From: Monocercomonoides exilis PA203
Lineage: Eukaryota > Protista > Preaxostyla
Assembly: GCA_001643675.2 (NCBI GenBank)
Contig: LSRY02000007.1
Span: 1,116,001-1,180,000 of the forward strand
Direction: 5' to 3'
DNA length: 64,000 nt
Below, piece after piece: positions 1 to 12,800 of the stretch (positions are counted from its first letter, which is position 1; the number at the start of each line of letters is the position of its first letter). The notes under the pieces were generated by a model. That model had not been told where the DNA came from and did no database searches. It was given only the letters and a program-made list of their open reading frames with translations. Position numbers and translations under genes: made by a program.

Positions 1-346
1 CAATGCCTGAAAGAGCACTTTGCAAATGAAAAAGTTGCGAAACGGTTGAATCCAGCTATATTCCACAAATTTGAATTTATTTTATAATTAGAAGAGAGTT
101 TTATTATTATTTTTTTCAACTTTGATGGAAATTAAAGCAAAGTGGAAGAAATTTTTTAAATTTTTTGCTTTTTCGGAGAAAATGAATATTTATTTATTCA
201 TGAAATATCATCATTCAATGAGAATTTAGAACAAAAACCTAGGCTTTAACGCATAAAAAGAAATATTTCAAAGACTCTGAAAAATATTCGTTCAATTCTC
301 AGTTTTCTTTTCCCATACTTATTCTTAAGTCAAGATTTGGGTGAAA

Positions 347-2797
347 ATGATTACAATTATTTTATTTTGCTTTGAAGCTTTGTTTGCGGTGCAGAGTAAT
401 GCCAATATAAATGTTACTATTATACACACAACTGACAGTTTTGAATTTTTAATTTGTTGCGAATTAGAAGGGTTTTTTCTCTGAAATAAAAAATGACTTT
501 TCTTTAAATAAATAATGTTTAGTTCACGGATGGATAAACTCCCACGTTCACGATTCAAGATATGATGCTGGAGTATGGGACTTGTATAACTTTGTAGATT
601 ATTATAAAAGAACGGCTGGCCCAAATGATCTTGTTCTATTATTAGATACTGGAGATTTAACACAAGTTTGATTTATCGTTTTTAATCCTAATTTTATAAG
701 GAAATTATTTTTTTTGGAATAACGTATAGGGAACTGGACTTAGCGATGCAACTCCAATTCAAGGACAGTTTATTTTTGATGTTATGAAGCTTTTGCCTTT
801 TGATGGGCTTGCAATTGGGAATCATGAATTGGGTAATGAAGATTGCATTAACAATATTGCAGATAATTTTGCGCCATTTTGGAATGGAAGGTACAAATTT
901 AGACGAATTATTTTTTTGAATACATTTTCATTATTTTATTAATTGAGGTACTTGGGATGGAACGTTGAGCATACAAATCCAAATAAAAAGCTTACAGGAG
1001 ACTATTTTACGATTAAATTACCAAACAATCAGGGAAACATTCTTGTGATGGGATTTCTTTATAATATGCATGGTGCAGCGTCAAATGTAAAGATAACGCC
1101 AATTAATCAGCTTTTGACAGAAAATAGATTCCGTAAAGCGTTTTCTGAACCAAACGTTAAGATGATTATTAATTTATGTCATATTGCGACAAATGCTTCG
1201 GAAATCAAGCAACTTCATAATTTTATCTCGCAACATAAACCAGATACACCTCAATTGTATTTAACAGGCCATTCTCATCTTATCCGTACAAAAGATTTAG
1301 ATACTTTAAGCACACTTGATGCAGCTACAACGTCATCACATGCATTTGCAATGGAAAGCGGTGCATTTGCAAGGCAGCTTGGATTCATTCGTTTTACACT
1401 CTCTCCAAACGGTATCCAGATGAATGAGGAAGATGGACACATGTCAAATGCAGTTTTTATCGGAGAAAACGGAATTGAAATGTTGGACGGAGGCGATCTG
1501 TCGTCCGTGTCATCAGATTCTTTGTCTTCTTCTCTTCTGTCAAAGTTGTCGTTCCAGCACTATTTTGTGAATTACAACCATAAAACCATGTTGTCGTGGA
1601 CAAAGACAAACGACTCAACATTTAACACTCCAGCCGGCAACTCTATCCATCGAATGGTGAGCAGAAAGTACTATGATTTAAACCTGGGGCGAGTGATTGG
1701 CTACTCGAAGTATCACTATTACAAGAATCAACGAGTGGAGGAAGGACAGCATTCTCTCAGCCGTCTTGTTCTGGATGAAATGCTCCCAGCATGGAGATGG
1801 AATATCAACAATGCTTTCTTTATTGTAGGAACTTCTTCATTAAGAGGTGTGTGAATGCACTGCAAATTTATATTTTTATAAAAAAAATTATTGTTGAATG
1901 CATTTTTAAAGCAACTGATTTTTAAATTTTTCTCAATTTTTAACTTTTCCTTACACATTATTTTGATGCTTTTGATAATTATTTATGAAAAACCATTTGA
2001 ACAATTTTTATTTTAATTTGTTTCTTAGCTGATATTTACGAAGGGACAGTAGTTGTTGATGATGTTTATGCAGTTGATCCATTTAATAATATGATGTTTG
2101 CTATAAACAATGTTTCTGGAGAACACATAAATCAATTGAAGAAAATGAGATTCGGTATGAAAATTATATGGTGTACGAATTTTTATGAAATGAAAATATT
2201 GAAAAAGAGAAATATTATCATATGAATTTGTGAAATATTGAATGCTTGTTTATTTTTCAACAATTTTTATCAATGTTTTTCATTGAATGTTGTATTCAAA
2301 TCAATACCTCTCACAATCATGTTGAATTTCTATATAATTTTTACTCATTAAAGATGGAAGGACATTCTTCGATAAATATGCTGCATCATCAACTTTAATT
2401 GATCCAAATGGAAGATATACTATCATTTCTTCTGAGTATGACGCAAAAAATCTGCTGGTATGCTTTGTTTTATTGAACTTTAAAAATTTGATAATTATGA
2501 AATGATGTTTTTATATTAATTCTTCATCTAAATAGTCCGCTTTAAACACTTTTGCCCCAGGTTCTTATGCAATGAGATCGACATCTTTCTCGCTTCGTCC
2601 AATTATTCATCAGTTTATATTAAAGAACTGGAATAAGTGTGTTTTGGTTAATTTTTTAACGATAAAGATATATTAACAATATAAAATCTTAAAAATAATA
2701 ATTATTATTATTGTAGTAATTCGTTTTCATCGTTTTCAGAACTAGCAGAAGAATAAGCAAGCATTTGAGCTTCATGTTGAACGATGATATAAAGTGA
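347..2797 (+). CDS. Secreted 5'-nucleotidase-like calcineurin-type metallophosphoesterase (8 exons)
   Basis: Spliced GT-AG exons ~347-437, 523-665, 730-890, 948-1846, 2029-2154, 2354-2457, 2536-2636, 2740-2797 give a hydrophobic N-terminus, HTTDIHGW, DTGD-x-GTGLSDAT, GNHE, GHSH and a C-terminal R-x-DIYEG...DPFNN; ends in TGA. Confidence 0.85.
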
Positions 2798-4849
2798 CTG
2801 GCACATGCTAATTCTTTATTAGAATAAGTTTTTTTGATGAAATGTGAAGCTTTAGACTCTGAAGAATTATGGATAATTTGTTATTCGATTTGTTTCATTT
2901 TTGAATGGAGCATTCAGCATTTTCTGAGAGATGTTTTATTTTGATTTCGCTGAATCTTTAAAAAAATTTTAAATAATTATTTTATTTCTTTCTTTCTATT
3001 TTTTGTTACTGTTTTTTGAATTGATCAAATTGTTTTTTCTGATAATTTTTTTATCTAAACTTTTTTATTCTATTTGTTGGAATCTTTGCATTTTTAATAA
3101 TATGTGAAAATTTTAAAAATTTTCAAACTTTCTTGCTTTATTCATTGAAACAAGTCTTTTTCATCAAAAGATATATTCTCTGCGGAAATTCTATGTCTGA
3201 TTCTTAATTCAAAGAAAAGATAGAAACAAAAAATAAAATTAAAAATTAATAAAATATCCGAAAATAAAATTATAAAATAAATAGTTTATCAAAATGAAAC
3301 AAGTTGTTATAATATCAAAAATTAAAAAAATGACATAAAATTTTTTTGAATTATCACTCATTATTTCCTTATTCAAAAATAGAAAATTTCAAATATCAAA
3401 GTGAAATTAAGAGAGCTGGACCTGATATTTGATAGATGCTTCAAATTTTTTGTTATATTGGTTATTCTTTTTGATATTTTTCTTTTGTTTAATATCTGAG
3501 TTTTTTATTAATGAACCTTATTTGATCATTTTTTGTTTTTTTATCGATTTGATTTCTCCATTATTCACAAAATCAAACATCAAATGAATTTTTGTATTCT
3601 CATAAGTTAAATGAAAAGCTTGACGAATTTTTAGCAAAAAACGATCAAATAAGGCACATTTTTTATTAACCGCGATATAAAACATTTGCGACTTTTCAAA
3701 AAAAAAAAAAATAAATAAATAAATAAAAAATAACTATAGCAGCAGAATAGACAAATGTGATTATAATAATGAAATATTTTATAATACTCTATCCCTGAAA
3801 ACGTGAGAAATGTTAAAGAAATAAATCTTTATAACGATATTTTCGGATAAAAAATCATTAAGAATAAGTTATGAAACTTTGAAATCAAAAAGCTGAGAGC
3901 TGGAAGAAAATTTCCAAATATCTTTCTTATATATTCCTCTGGTTTTTTTTTAAATAAAAAGTTTAATTTATTTCAAATTAGAATTTGAAGAAAATGCATG
4001 TGAAACCCAACCTTATTTCAGTATTATGCGATTGTTGAGATTACCGCATTTTCCGGTTCTTTCCAATAATTGGTGTTTCTATCATAATTTCTATCACTCA
4101 CTTTTCTAGTCAATTGTCAAATGATAAAAATAGAACACTATAATTATTGAGCTTGTTTCAGTTAAAATCAACTTATCTTTATTTTTTGATGAGAAATGCT
4201 ATTGGCATTATCAACTTGAAGCTTATCTTCAATTGAAACGGTATCAACAGCATGCATTCCAAAAGAAGACTTACACTTCATTTAATCCAACTTATCTTTT
4301 CATAGTTCTTCTACAAAATTTTCTTTAATTCGTTCCTTCTTCGAGGCATGCAAAAAGAGAAAAGTCAAAATTCCTTTAAACATACAAATACTAAAAACAC
4401 TCAACTACACAACTTGTCTTATCTGCAAGATTCAAACCGGACACAAAATATTAAATAAAAAAAAGAAGTTTTTTAATGAGAAAAAGAACATGTTAATCAT
4501 TCAGAAACAAGAAAAATAATGAAAGAAAATTTAGAAAATTTTGAGAAATACGGAAAAAATGTTGATTTAAGTTTTTTTCATTGAAAAATAGTGCCCAATG
4601 AAAGAATTTTTAGTGATCAAAATATGTGAATTAAACTGGTTCATTTTTTCGTATTTTTAGTGTGTTGCATAAAATTGTTCTGTTGCGTCAATGAAACAAG
4701 TTCACATTTTTGAAAATTCAAGTTAATCAAAAACTGAAAAACAGAAATAAAGTAATGAGTGAAACAATTTTTTGTGCTTTGGTCAAAAAAAGTTGGAAAG
4801 CACATATTTTCGCCCAAATAAAAGAAAGCAAATCATTCAGAAATCACTT

Positions 4850-5850
4850 TGATCAGTTGTTGCAAAAGATTGTCGGAAAACACCAGCCCACAGTTTTCAT
4901 TCATATTCCATCAATTTTCACCATTGGTAAGTGATGGCCGTTTCTTCAAACTGGAGAATCGAAAATAGAATGAAAATTATTGAGTAAAGCATTATCACTT
5001 GGAAAATTCACTAAAGAAAATATTCGTATGGCATATATTCTCCGATGATATTTGAGTGCAGACATATCAGGTTATCACGCTATTAATTATTTCTTAAAAA
5101 TTTTTTTCCCATTTTAATCGGAACAAATAAAAATTGTGAAACCGTTCATGAACTTTTTGATATTGGTGAGAAAATGATATCATTGCTCCATTGAATTTCA
5201 CTTGATGGAACAAATGCTCAACCTTGTTTTTTGGTTCAAAAACATTTCAATATCTTATCCCTTCGATCATTCGGCTTCCATATCTGAGTGTATTGTCAAG
5301 TTGAAATAGGAAGTTCATCATATTTTTTTCCAGAATTGTTTGAAAACTGGATATAATAAGATTTCATCCTTCATATTTACATTAAAAGAATGATTATACT
5401 AGAAATGAATGAACAGGCAGCATTAACACTTTTTTCGTATGGAATTTTCTTATCGGATAATGTCTTGGAACAACTTGCTAATGATGAAATTTTTCTATTG
5501 ATTTTTCCTCCGAATACAACACATTTGCTTCAGTCATTGGATTTATCAATTTTCTCTATTTGAAAGCTTCAAATTTAACAGGTTAGGTCGGGTTTAACAC
5601 ACGACAGTGTGGAACATCTTTTGTGGGTTGCATTGAACGCAATATTGCAAGTTTCTTCATCGATTTCCATTTTTCCTGCTTTTAGAGAAAGTGGACTTGT
5701 GAATGATTTTCACAAAACTCCTTCGTGAGCCCAGATTTTGTGAGAAAGTTTAAAAAAAAAGAAACTGATTTTGTGAAGCGGGATGATAAATCATTGCAAC
5801 TGTTTTGTGTATACAAAACCAGACCAACAGAAGGAGGAGATTGAGAAATA
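4850..5850 (+). pseudogene. Decayed pogo/Tigger-like DDE_1 transposase remnant
   Basis: ~5500-5560 translates IFPPNTTHLLQSLDLSIFS (PPNTTHxLQPLD motif); surrounding frame full of stops; limits approximate. Confidence 0.6.
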
Positions 5851-5872
5851 ATGAACATTGATAAATTGAATA

Positions 5873-6935
5873 CCATCGTTCAGAAACCCGGGAATTTTTC
5901 AGAAACCCGGACTTTTTATAAAATTTCATATATCTCGACAAGTCTCAAAAAATAAATTATAATAATTCACACATTCATACATCAGTATATAACACATCTA
6001 ACCATATTGAAATTTTTATTTGTTATGCTGTATTTATAAAGAAATATATAATTTTTATTTTTGAAAATTTGACTTTAAATGAATTTTTCTATTTTTATAA
6101 AACGATTCAGTTCATCTTTTATACACATAACTTATTTTTTCAATGTTATAAATAATTCTGGTTATTTTTCATTTTCGGCAATTTGCTCTTTCCAACGGAA
6201 TGAAAATCTGTCATTTTCAAAAATCACAGTCAATGGGATAACTGAAAAAATATTTTTTGTAAAACACAAAAACATACAAGTGAATTTAACGTATTCACCA
6301 ATAAATATGATAGTTATATAAAATTTATTTATTGATGAAATTTAAATTGATTCAGTAGGTATATTATAAAATACAATTTGGTTGAAAATTCACTGAAAAT
6401 GATCATTATTAATCATCAATTAAGAAAATAATCTTGATTTATGAAATGCCTACTGAATCAATTTAAATTTCATCAATAAATAAATTTTATATAACTATCA
6501 TATTTATTGGTGAATACGTTAAATCCACTTGGATGTTTTTGTGTTTTGCAAAAAATATTTTTTAGTTATCCCATTGATAATGATTTTTCAAAAATGATTG
6601 ATTTTCATTCCGTCTTAACGAGCAAATTGTCGAAAATGAAAAATAACCAGAACAGTTTACAACAAAGAAAAAATAAGTTATGTGTATAAAAAATGAACTG
6701 AATCGTTTTATTAAAATAGAAAAATTCATTAAAAGTCAAATTTTCAAAAATAAAAATTATATATTTCTTTATAAATACAGCATAACAAATAAAAATTTCA
6801 ATATGGTTAGATGTGTTATATACTGATGTATGAATGTGTGAATTATTATAATTTATTTTTTGAGACTTGTCGAGATATATGAATATTTCTAAAAAGTCCG
6901 GGTTTCTGAAAAATTCCCGGGTTTCTGAACGATGG
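5873..6935. mobile_element. Foldback/MITE element with ~490-bp inverted arms, flanked by TA
   Basis: 5873-~6360 is the reverse complement of ~6448-6935 (CCATCGTTCAGAAACCCGGG...CCCGGGTTTCTGAACGATGG); TA on both sides; subterminal CAGAAACCCGG occurs twice per end. Confidence 0.88.
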
Positions 6936-7242
6936 TATTATAAAAGGACTTGCACAGTCAATTACGAATTACAAATTTGTGAAAATGCTTCTATGCTTCT
7001 TTTCATTCTTTTTTATCTGCATATTTCAAAAAATCATGATTTAATCAACAAAAGTCTAATCAATTTCTTGATTTTTTAAATTTTATTATTTCGAAAAATA
7101 ATTTAAAATCAACAAGAACAATGAATAACTAAAACAGAATCAATTTAACAAAATAATTACATTTAGATGTTTTTCATTTCAAAACGAATATGACTTAACA
7201 TAGAAATATTAAAATTGCATCTAAAAACTTTGAAATAAACAT

Positions 7243-7680
7243 TCAAGTTAATAATTTTTTCATGTGTACGTGTTGACAAAACTCATCCATATATAGCTCT
7301 CCTTCTTTTTGAAAACCAAGTCTCTGATAAAACGGTAGAGCAACGCATTGGGCTCCTAAACTAACAACGTTGCATCCCAATTCTTTTGATTTTCGTTCAA
7401 CCTCTTGCATTATTTTTGAACCAAATCCAGCTTTTCTAAATTCTTTTGAAATACACAACCTACCACATATCATATTGCCCTTAGATGCTCCATGGAAAAT
7501 CCTACAACAACCAACCGGAGTATCTCCACAGTAAAGAACAAGATGATGAGATAATTTGTCTATTTCATCAAACTCCAAATCTTCGCTAAATCCTTGCTCA
7601 AATACAAATACTGACATTCGTAATTTCCTCGCATCCGTTGGAACTGCACCATCGCTCGACCAAACAAAACGCTCAATCAT
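7243..7680 (-). CDS. GNAT family N-acetyltransferase (ElaA/YjcF-like)
   Basis: Intronless ORF MIERF...; LRxxVFVxEQG, EFDEID, GRLC...RKAGFG acetyl-CoA motif, AQ...FYQRLGF, HVHM. Confidence 0.88.
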   Translation of the reverse strand: MIERFVWSSDGAVPTDARKLRMSVFVFEQGFSEDLEFDEIDKLSHHLVLYCGDTPVGCCRIFHGASKGNMICGRLCISKEFRKAGFGSKIMQEVERKSKELGCNVVSLGAQCVALPFYQRLGFQKEGELYMDEFCQHVHMKKLLT

Positions 7681-8084
7681 TAAAACACAAAAATCAATTT
7701 TAAAAATAATAACCATTAATAATTTTTTTCCTATATGAGATGCAATAGTGAAGAATGTGGAATACCTCCAATGGTATCTTTGCTAATAAATAAATAAAAG
7801 AATACTTTAATTTTTTTTTATGAACCAAATGATGATTACATCAGAATAAAATTTCTCATCAAACTTATGAAAAATGCGTATTGAGTCATCATTTTCGATG
7901 AGCACACTTTCCATATTATCAAAAGTTTCAATTTTCAATCTTTTTGTATTCTTTCACATTTTATAACACACATGACGTTTTATCTTTTGTCGAACTTTGT
8001 TCAGACTTTGAAGTTATTTTTTTAAGTGAAATGCATTTATGAAATGATAATTAACTCATATAATTCAAAAATGAAACAATGCTT

Positions 8085-9053
8085 TTATGGAAAAGAGGAA
8101 GTATCTATTTCAATGTCTTTGATTTGCTTTGGATACATTGATCTTTTGGAAATTTCATCAATTTCATCTTGATCTTCATCTTGTGAAAGTATGTCATTTG
8201 TATTTTGATCTTCCAAACTAACATAATGTTTTGTTGTTTGCTGTTGCGCTACTGCTCGCTGCCCTCCTCTTTTTAAGAAAAAATCTTGAACTATAAAGAC
8301 AAGAGAGCTTACAATAATTGGTTCAACGGCCATGAGAATAAATATCTTCGCATCTTTATTAAAGTTAAGTGGCCATATCAGAATTGAACTTATCCAATTG
8401 AGAGGAGTGGATAGAAAATATACAATTATTGTTGTAAGAGCCTTGCTGAATGTTACGATAATTGACCAAACAAAAAACTGTCCCCCAAAAGCTGAACATT
8501 TTGGAGGAATTCCATAGTTTCCACTTTTCAAATAGATTAAAGAAGAAGAATCAAATTTCTCAAAACATTTATCACAAATAGCATTTAAAAAATAGTTAAA
8601 AATTGTTCCAATAATGCAATCCGCGTGGTAATTCGTTAAATACCTAAAAAAAAAAATTAACATTGATAAATCAACAGATACAAACCAAATACATGGATCA
8701 TCTGAAATTTCTTTAGTGAAAAAAAGTGCAAGTCCAATTGATGCAAAGTGCTGTATCACAGTGCCTATTATTTAAATTTATAAATGAGAATAACAAACAA
8801 TAAAAGAGTAAAACACAAATTAAACCCATTGTCTGCTTCATCATATCAAAGAGCCATATAACAAACGGCCTTTGGGGTCTTTCGAAATGACGGATCACTA
8901 AAATAAGCGGATAAAAAGTTCGCTCCTCATTTAGGCACACAATCATCAATAAAAAATCACACAAATTACAGCAATGAATGCAACAAAAAATAAAATCGCT
9001 TGTGAAATCCAAGATAAAGTACCAGTTAATTCACAAGTATTTTCATTCGTCAT
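8085..9053 (-). CDS. STIMATE/TMEM110-like multi-pass membrane protein (3 introns)
   Basis: Spliced product MTNENTCELTG...RHFERPQRPFVIWLFDMMKQ...DPCIWYLTN...SGNYGIPP...QFFVW...VQDFFLK matches the family pattern. Confidence 0.75.
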
Positions 9054-9836
9054 CCAAATAAAATTGAAAATTTATACACAATTATTCGAAGAAATAATTA
9101 ATAGAATTCAAAATGGGCCTGTAATTAATAGAAACTGAAAAAACACTTTTCAAGAAAACTTATGTTTATAGTTATTAATGAAACATTTTCAATTTCTAGT
9201 TTGTTTTTATGAATCTTTAATTCATTTAAAAAAAGTGCAAAATACTCAAAATTAGATATTCAAATATAAAAATCAATTCTTTCGAAAGTTGATGACAAAA
9301 ATATTTGGTACTGATTGTCACAGAGTTTCCTTCATTCAAAAAAGTTAATTTGAAAATTTGTTATCTATAGAACTTTATGTGTTTGTGACGTTTTTGTTGT
9401 TCACACAAAAAGTAACAAAAAAATGAAAACAGACCCAAAAAAAAAAAAAAAAAAAAAAAAAAATAAAAAAAAAAAAAAAAAAACTGAACTTCAGAATGAC
9501 AGTAACATATATCCTTCCCATAAGTTTTTTTTTTGCGAAGATTAAAAGTGACAAAAGTGTTTCTTTCTTCTTAATTCTTTCAAAATTGAAATCACTTTTA
9601 TAAGCATAAGTAATTGTTTGTTACATATTGATTTTTGAAATCTCAAAATCATAAAAACTTTTCATAAACTCATTAATAATAAAAGATGAAACTGAAGATT
9701 CAAAAAGGTTATATCAACGCATTCCTCAAATAAAGAATGGAGAAAAATACAGCCTATAGCTTAAAATTTCCACTCTGCAATTTTTTTGAAATTGAAAAAA
9801 TAGAAAGAAAAGAAACAATACAAAACAATTTCTTTT

Positions 9837-12800
9837 TCATAACAAATTATCTGTCTGCTGACTATCATTAACATCTGATGCTCTTTCAATTACTGTTGGT
9901 TTCTCAACAAACAATATCGAGATGCTTCCACCTTCTCCATCCTCTTCTTGCGAATCATCATTGAAATCGATTGCATCAGACATCGTGAGAACAACGGAAT
10001 TTTCTGGAAACCTTTGGATAAACTCCCTTTTCAGTGTGACCACTGTTGGTCGTGCTTCTTTTTGCTCTGAAAAACATCCTTTTATAACGTCATGATATGC
10101 TGATGGGCTTATCATCTGAATGCTTGGCCTCTCCCCATTCACAATCTTCTGTCCAACAATTTCTGCCTCATACTCCCCAAACGGGATTTGAAGAGTCAAG
10201 CACTCCCACAGCATCACCCCAATCGAGAATGCCACCGATTCCTTCGTTGCTCCCATTTTTTTGTTCATCAGCAGTTCAGGTGCCTTCCACCTCAGACACT
10301 CTTTCTTGAAATCATCCTCATCCTCAGAGGCTGATGAAGGCAAAGAGTCGCTGTCATCATCAACACTGGCTGATGTAACAACAGTTGATGAAGAGATGGA
10401 TGATGAATCTGAATCATCATTTGACAAGAAGTCTGAATGCATGACAATGCAGATAACCATATGCTCCGAGAACAGAACAATGTGAGGGCTCAGATTGGAA
10501 AGAGAAGAAAGAGGATTTTCCATTTCATCAAATGAATGAAGAGCTCCATTCGCCACCCAGAACAGGATTTGTGCAGCTGTATGTTCTCTCTCCGTTAATG
10601 TGCCTATGGCAATCTCCTTCTTCTCATTCCTTCCGTGCAGCAGCATGAACAATGAATCCCTCAGATCCACAATCAGCTTCTCATGTGGAGATGAACAGGC
10701 CATCGCATCCACCAGATTCGACATTGATGATGTGGTTGGGCACAGATCCTCTCCACGAACAAATGTTGAATCTGTGTCTGAAGTGTCTGTTGTTGAAGTG
10801 GATGAGATGGAAGGTGATGGTGTTCTCTTTCTTATCTCTTCCTCTTCTTCTTTCTCATCAACCTTCTCCAGCATCCATTGAGGAATCTTGTCTGAGTCTC
10901 TCCCCAAAATATATTCTGTCGAGCCACTCTCAGATAGAAGATGCTCAGATGACTCGGAGTGTCCCAAGCTTTTCTCGTACACCCTCTTCTTTATCCTCTC
11001 TTCATTCTTCTTCTCTGCTTCCCTCTCAGCTCTTCTCCACTGATCTTCTGGAGACATCTCCATCGTCACCATCTCAAATGCCTTCGGATCTTTTCTGATA
11101 TTATCATTCACAATCTCTCTCAGATCTTCTGCTTCATTCTTCACCTTCTTCCATCGAACAATGAATATTATCGATACAATTAACAGTATTACCACGATCA
11201 CAATACAAACAATCAGAACCCATGAGATTTTTCCTTCTTTTCCTCCTTCAACAATCTTTTCATCATTATTTGGTGGAATCATGCTTGAATTCTTCAAAAT
11301 GAATGAATTTGTTGACGAAGGTGATTCTGCATTTCCAAACAAAATATGCACACTCACTTCAATTTCATCTCCACAACTGCTGATCAGATCTTTTGACACG
11401 CTTCCTTCAACTTCTTTTTCAGATAAAAATCCACTTGTATCAAAATCATGTTTTTCAATCTCTTTCTCTTCTCCTTTTCTCTTCACAACTGCGAATGACA
11501 GATTGCATGGAACAATAAGATTCCCTTTGAATGTCAGTTTCATCCTATCTGTCTCTTCCTTTGCTTCCACACTCTCCAGCACAGAAATGAAAAATGATGA
11601 ATCCCTTTCTGAAACAATCCCTTCAAAACTGCACCCTTCATTCAACATCCAAAGTGATGTGTTTGGTAAAACTCCATCTCCTCCTTTCAAACTCATCACA
11701 TTCAATATTCCTGAATCTGAACAGATGATATTTCTTCTCAATGATGGATATCCTTTAATTGAGAGATTGTTGTTCAAAAATTCTCCTTTCTCAATTATCA
11801 CATTTCCTCCACTCATTGTTATTCCACCTTCTGGTGAATTGGTTATTGTTGTGTCTTTCATCATCACAGAACTCTTCACAACATCCACAAGAGATTCTTC
11901 CCAGCTGCACATCTCTTCTTCTGTATTTGAATTCTTTTCATTTCTTTTATTTGAACTTCCATCAAAAATGCAACTGTCCATTTTCACATCTGTGCAATTC
12001 TCTAATTTCATCAATTTCCCTTTTGTGGTCTTTGAACTGACTCCACCTATTGTGATATTTGCCAATTGCACTGTCTTTTTCATTGACAGGCATGATATCA
12101 GTGAATCTTCATTTCCTTCAACTGTGATATTATCTGTATTGAAATCCTTGGTTGTTAATTGTCCACATTCATTTATATCAATCAGAGAAGTTTCTATTGT
12201 AGAATTGCAAATCATTAATGAATCAACTGTTGATGAAAGAGAAGATGAAAGATACAACGCAGATTCATGAAGAATAAGATTTGATATCGCTCATCCATCA
12301 AGTTGCAATTCTCCTTTTCCCATATAAATTATGTGAAATGGAATGTCTGTAAATTCTGTATTAACTCCTTCTATCAATTGTTTTGCAATGAACGAACAAT
12401 TCATTATCTCAAGAATCCCTCCCTCTGGCGATATCAGTGATTCATGTGTGGAAGCGAAATTCGAATCAAACACAAATCCTATTCTCAACAACGAAACTGT
12501 TCCATCTGTTGTTATCAAAGTCTCTCTTGTTCTTTCAATGTTTGATTTCACTTCAACTTCACAATTTTCTCTGCTCTTCGAACTCAAACTCATCTCCTCC
12601 AGTTCTATCTCTTCCCCAATCACACTCTCTTCAACAACAATCATCACGCTCATGAAATCTGAAGTCAGATGCATCAGTCCATAATCAACTGAATCACATG
12701 GAAGTGTGCTTGTTCCACATTGCCTCTCATTCGATCCATTCACACTGCTCACAATGATCGTGTCACTCTGATGAATTGTCACAAAATCAATCAGATCAGT

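Noticed and set aside
5750-7079. Twin ORFs MSRYM...SERWY on opposite strands
   Set aside because: By-product of the inverted repeat arms
12291-12293. TGA at likely Cys positions (also 62980) as selenocysteine or Cys recoding
   Set aside because: Both loci have independent frameshifts, no SECIS could be identified, and TGA ends intact genes
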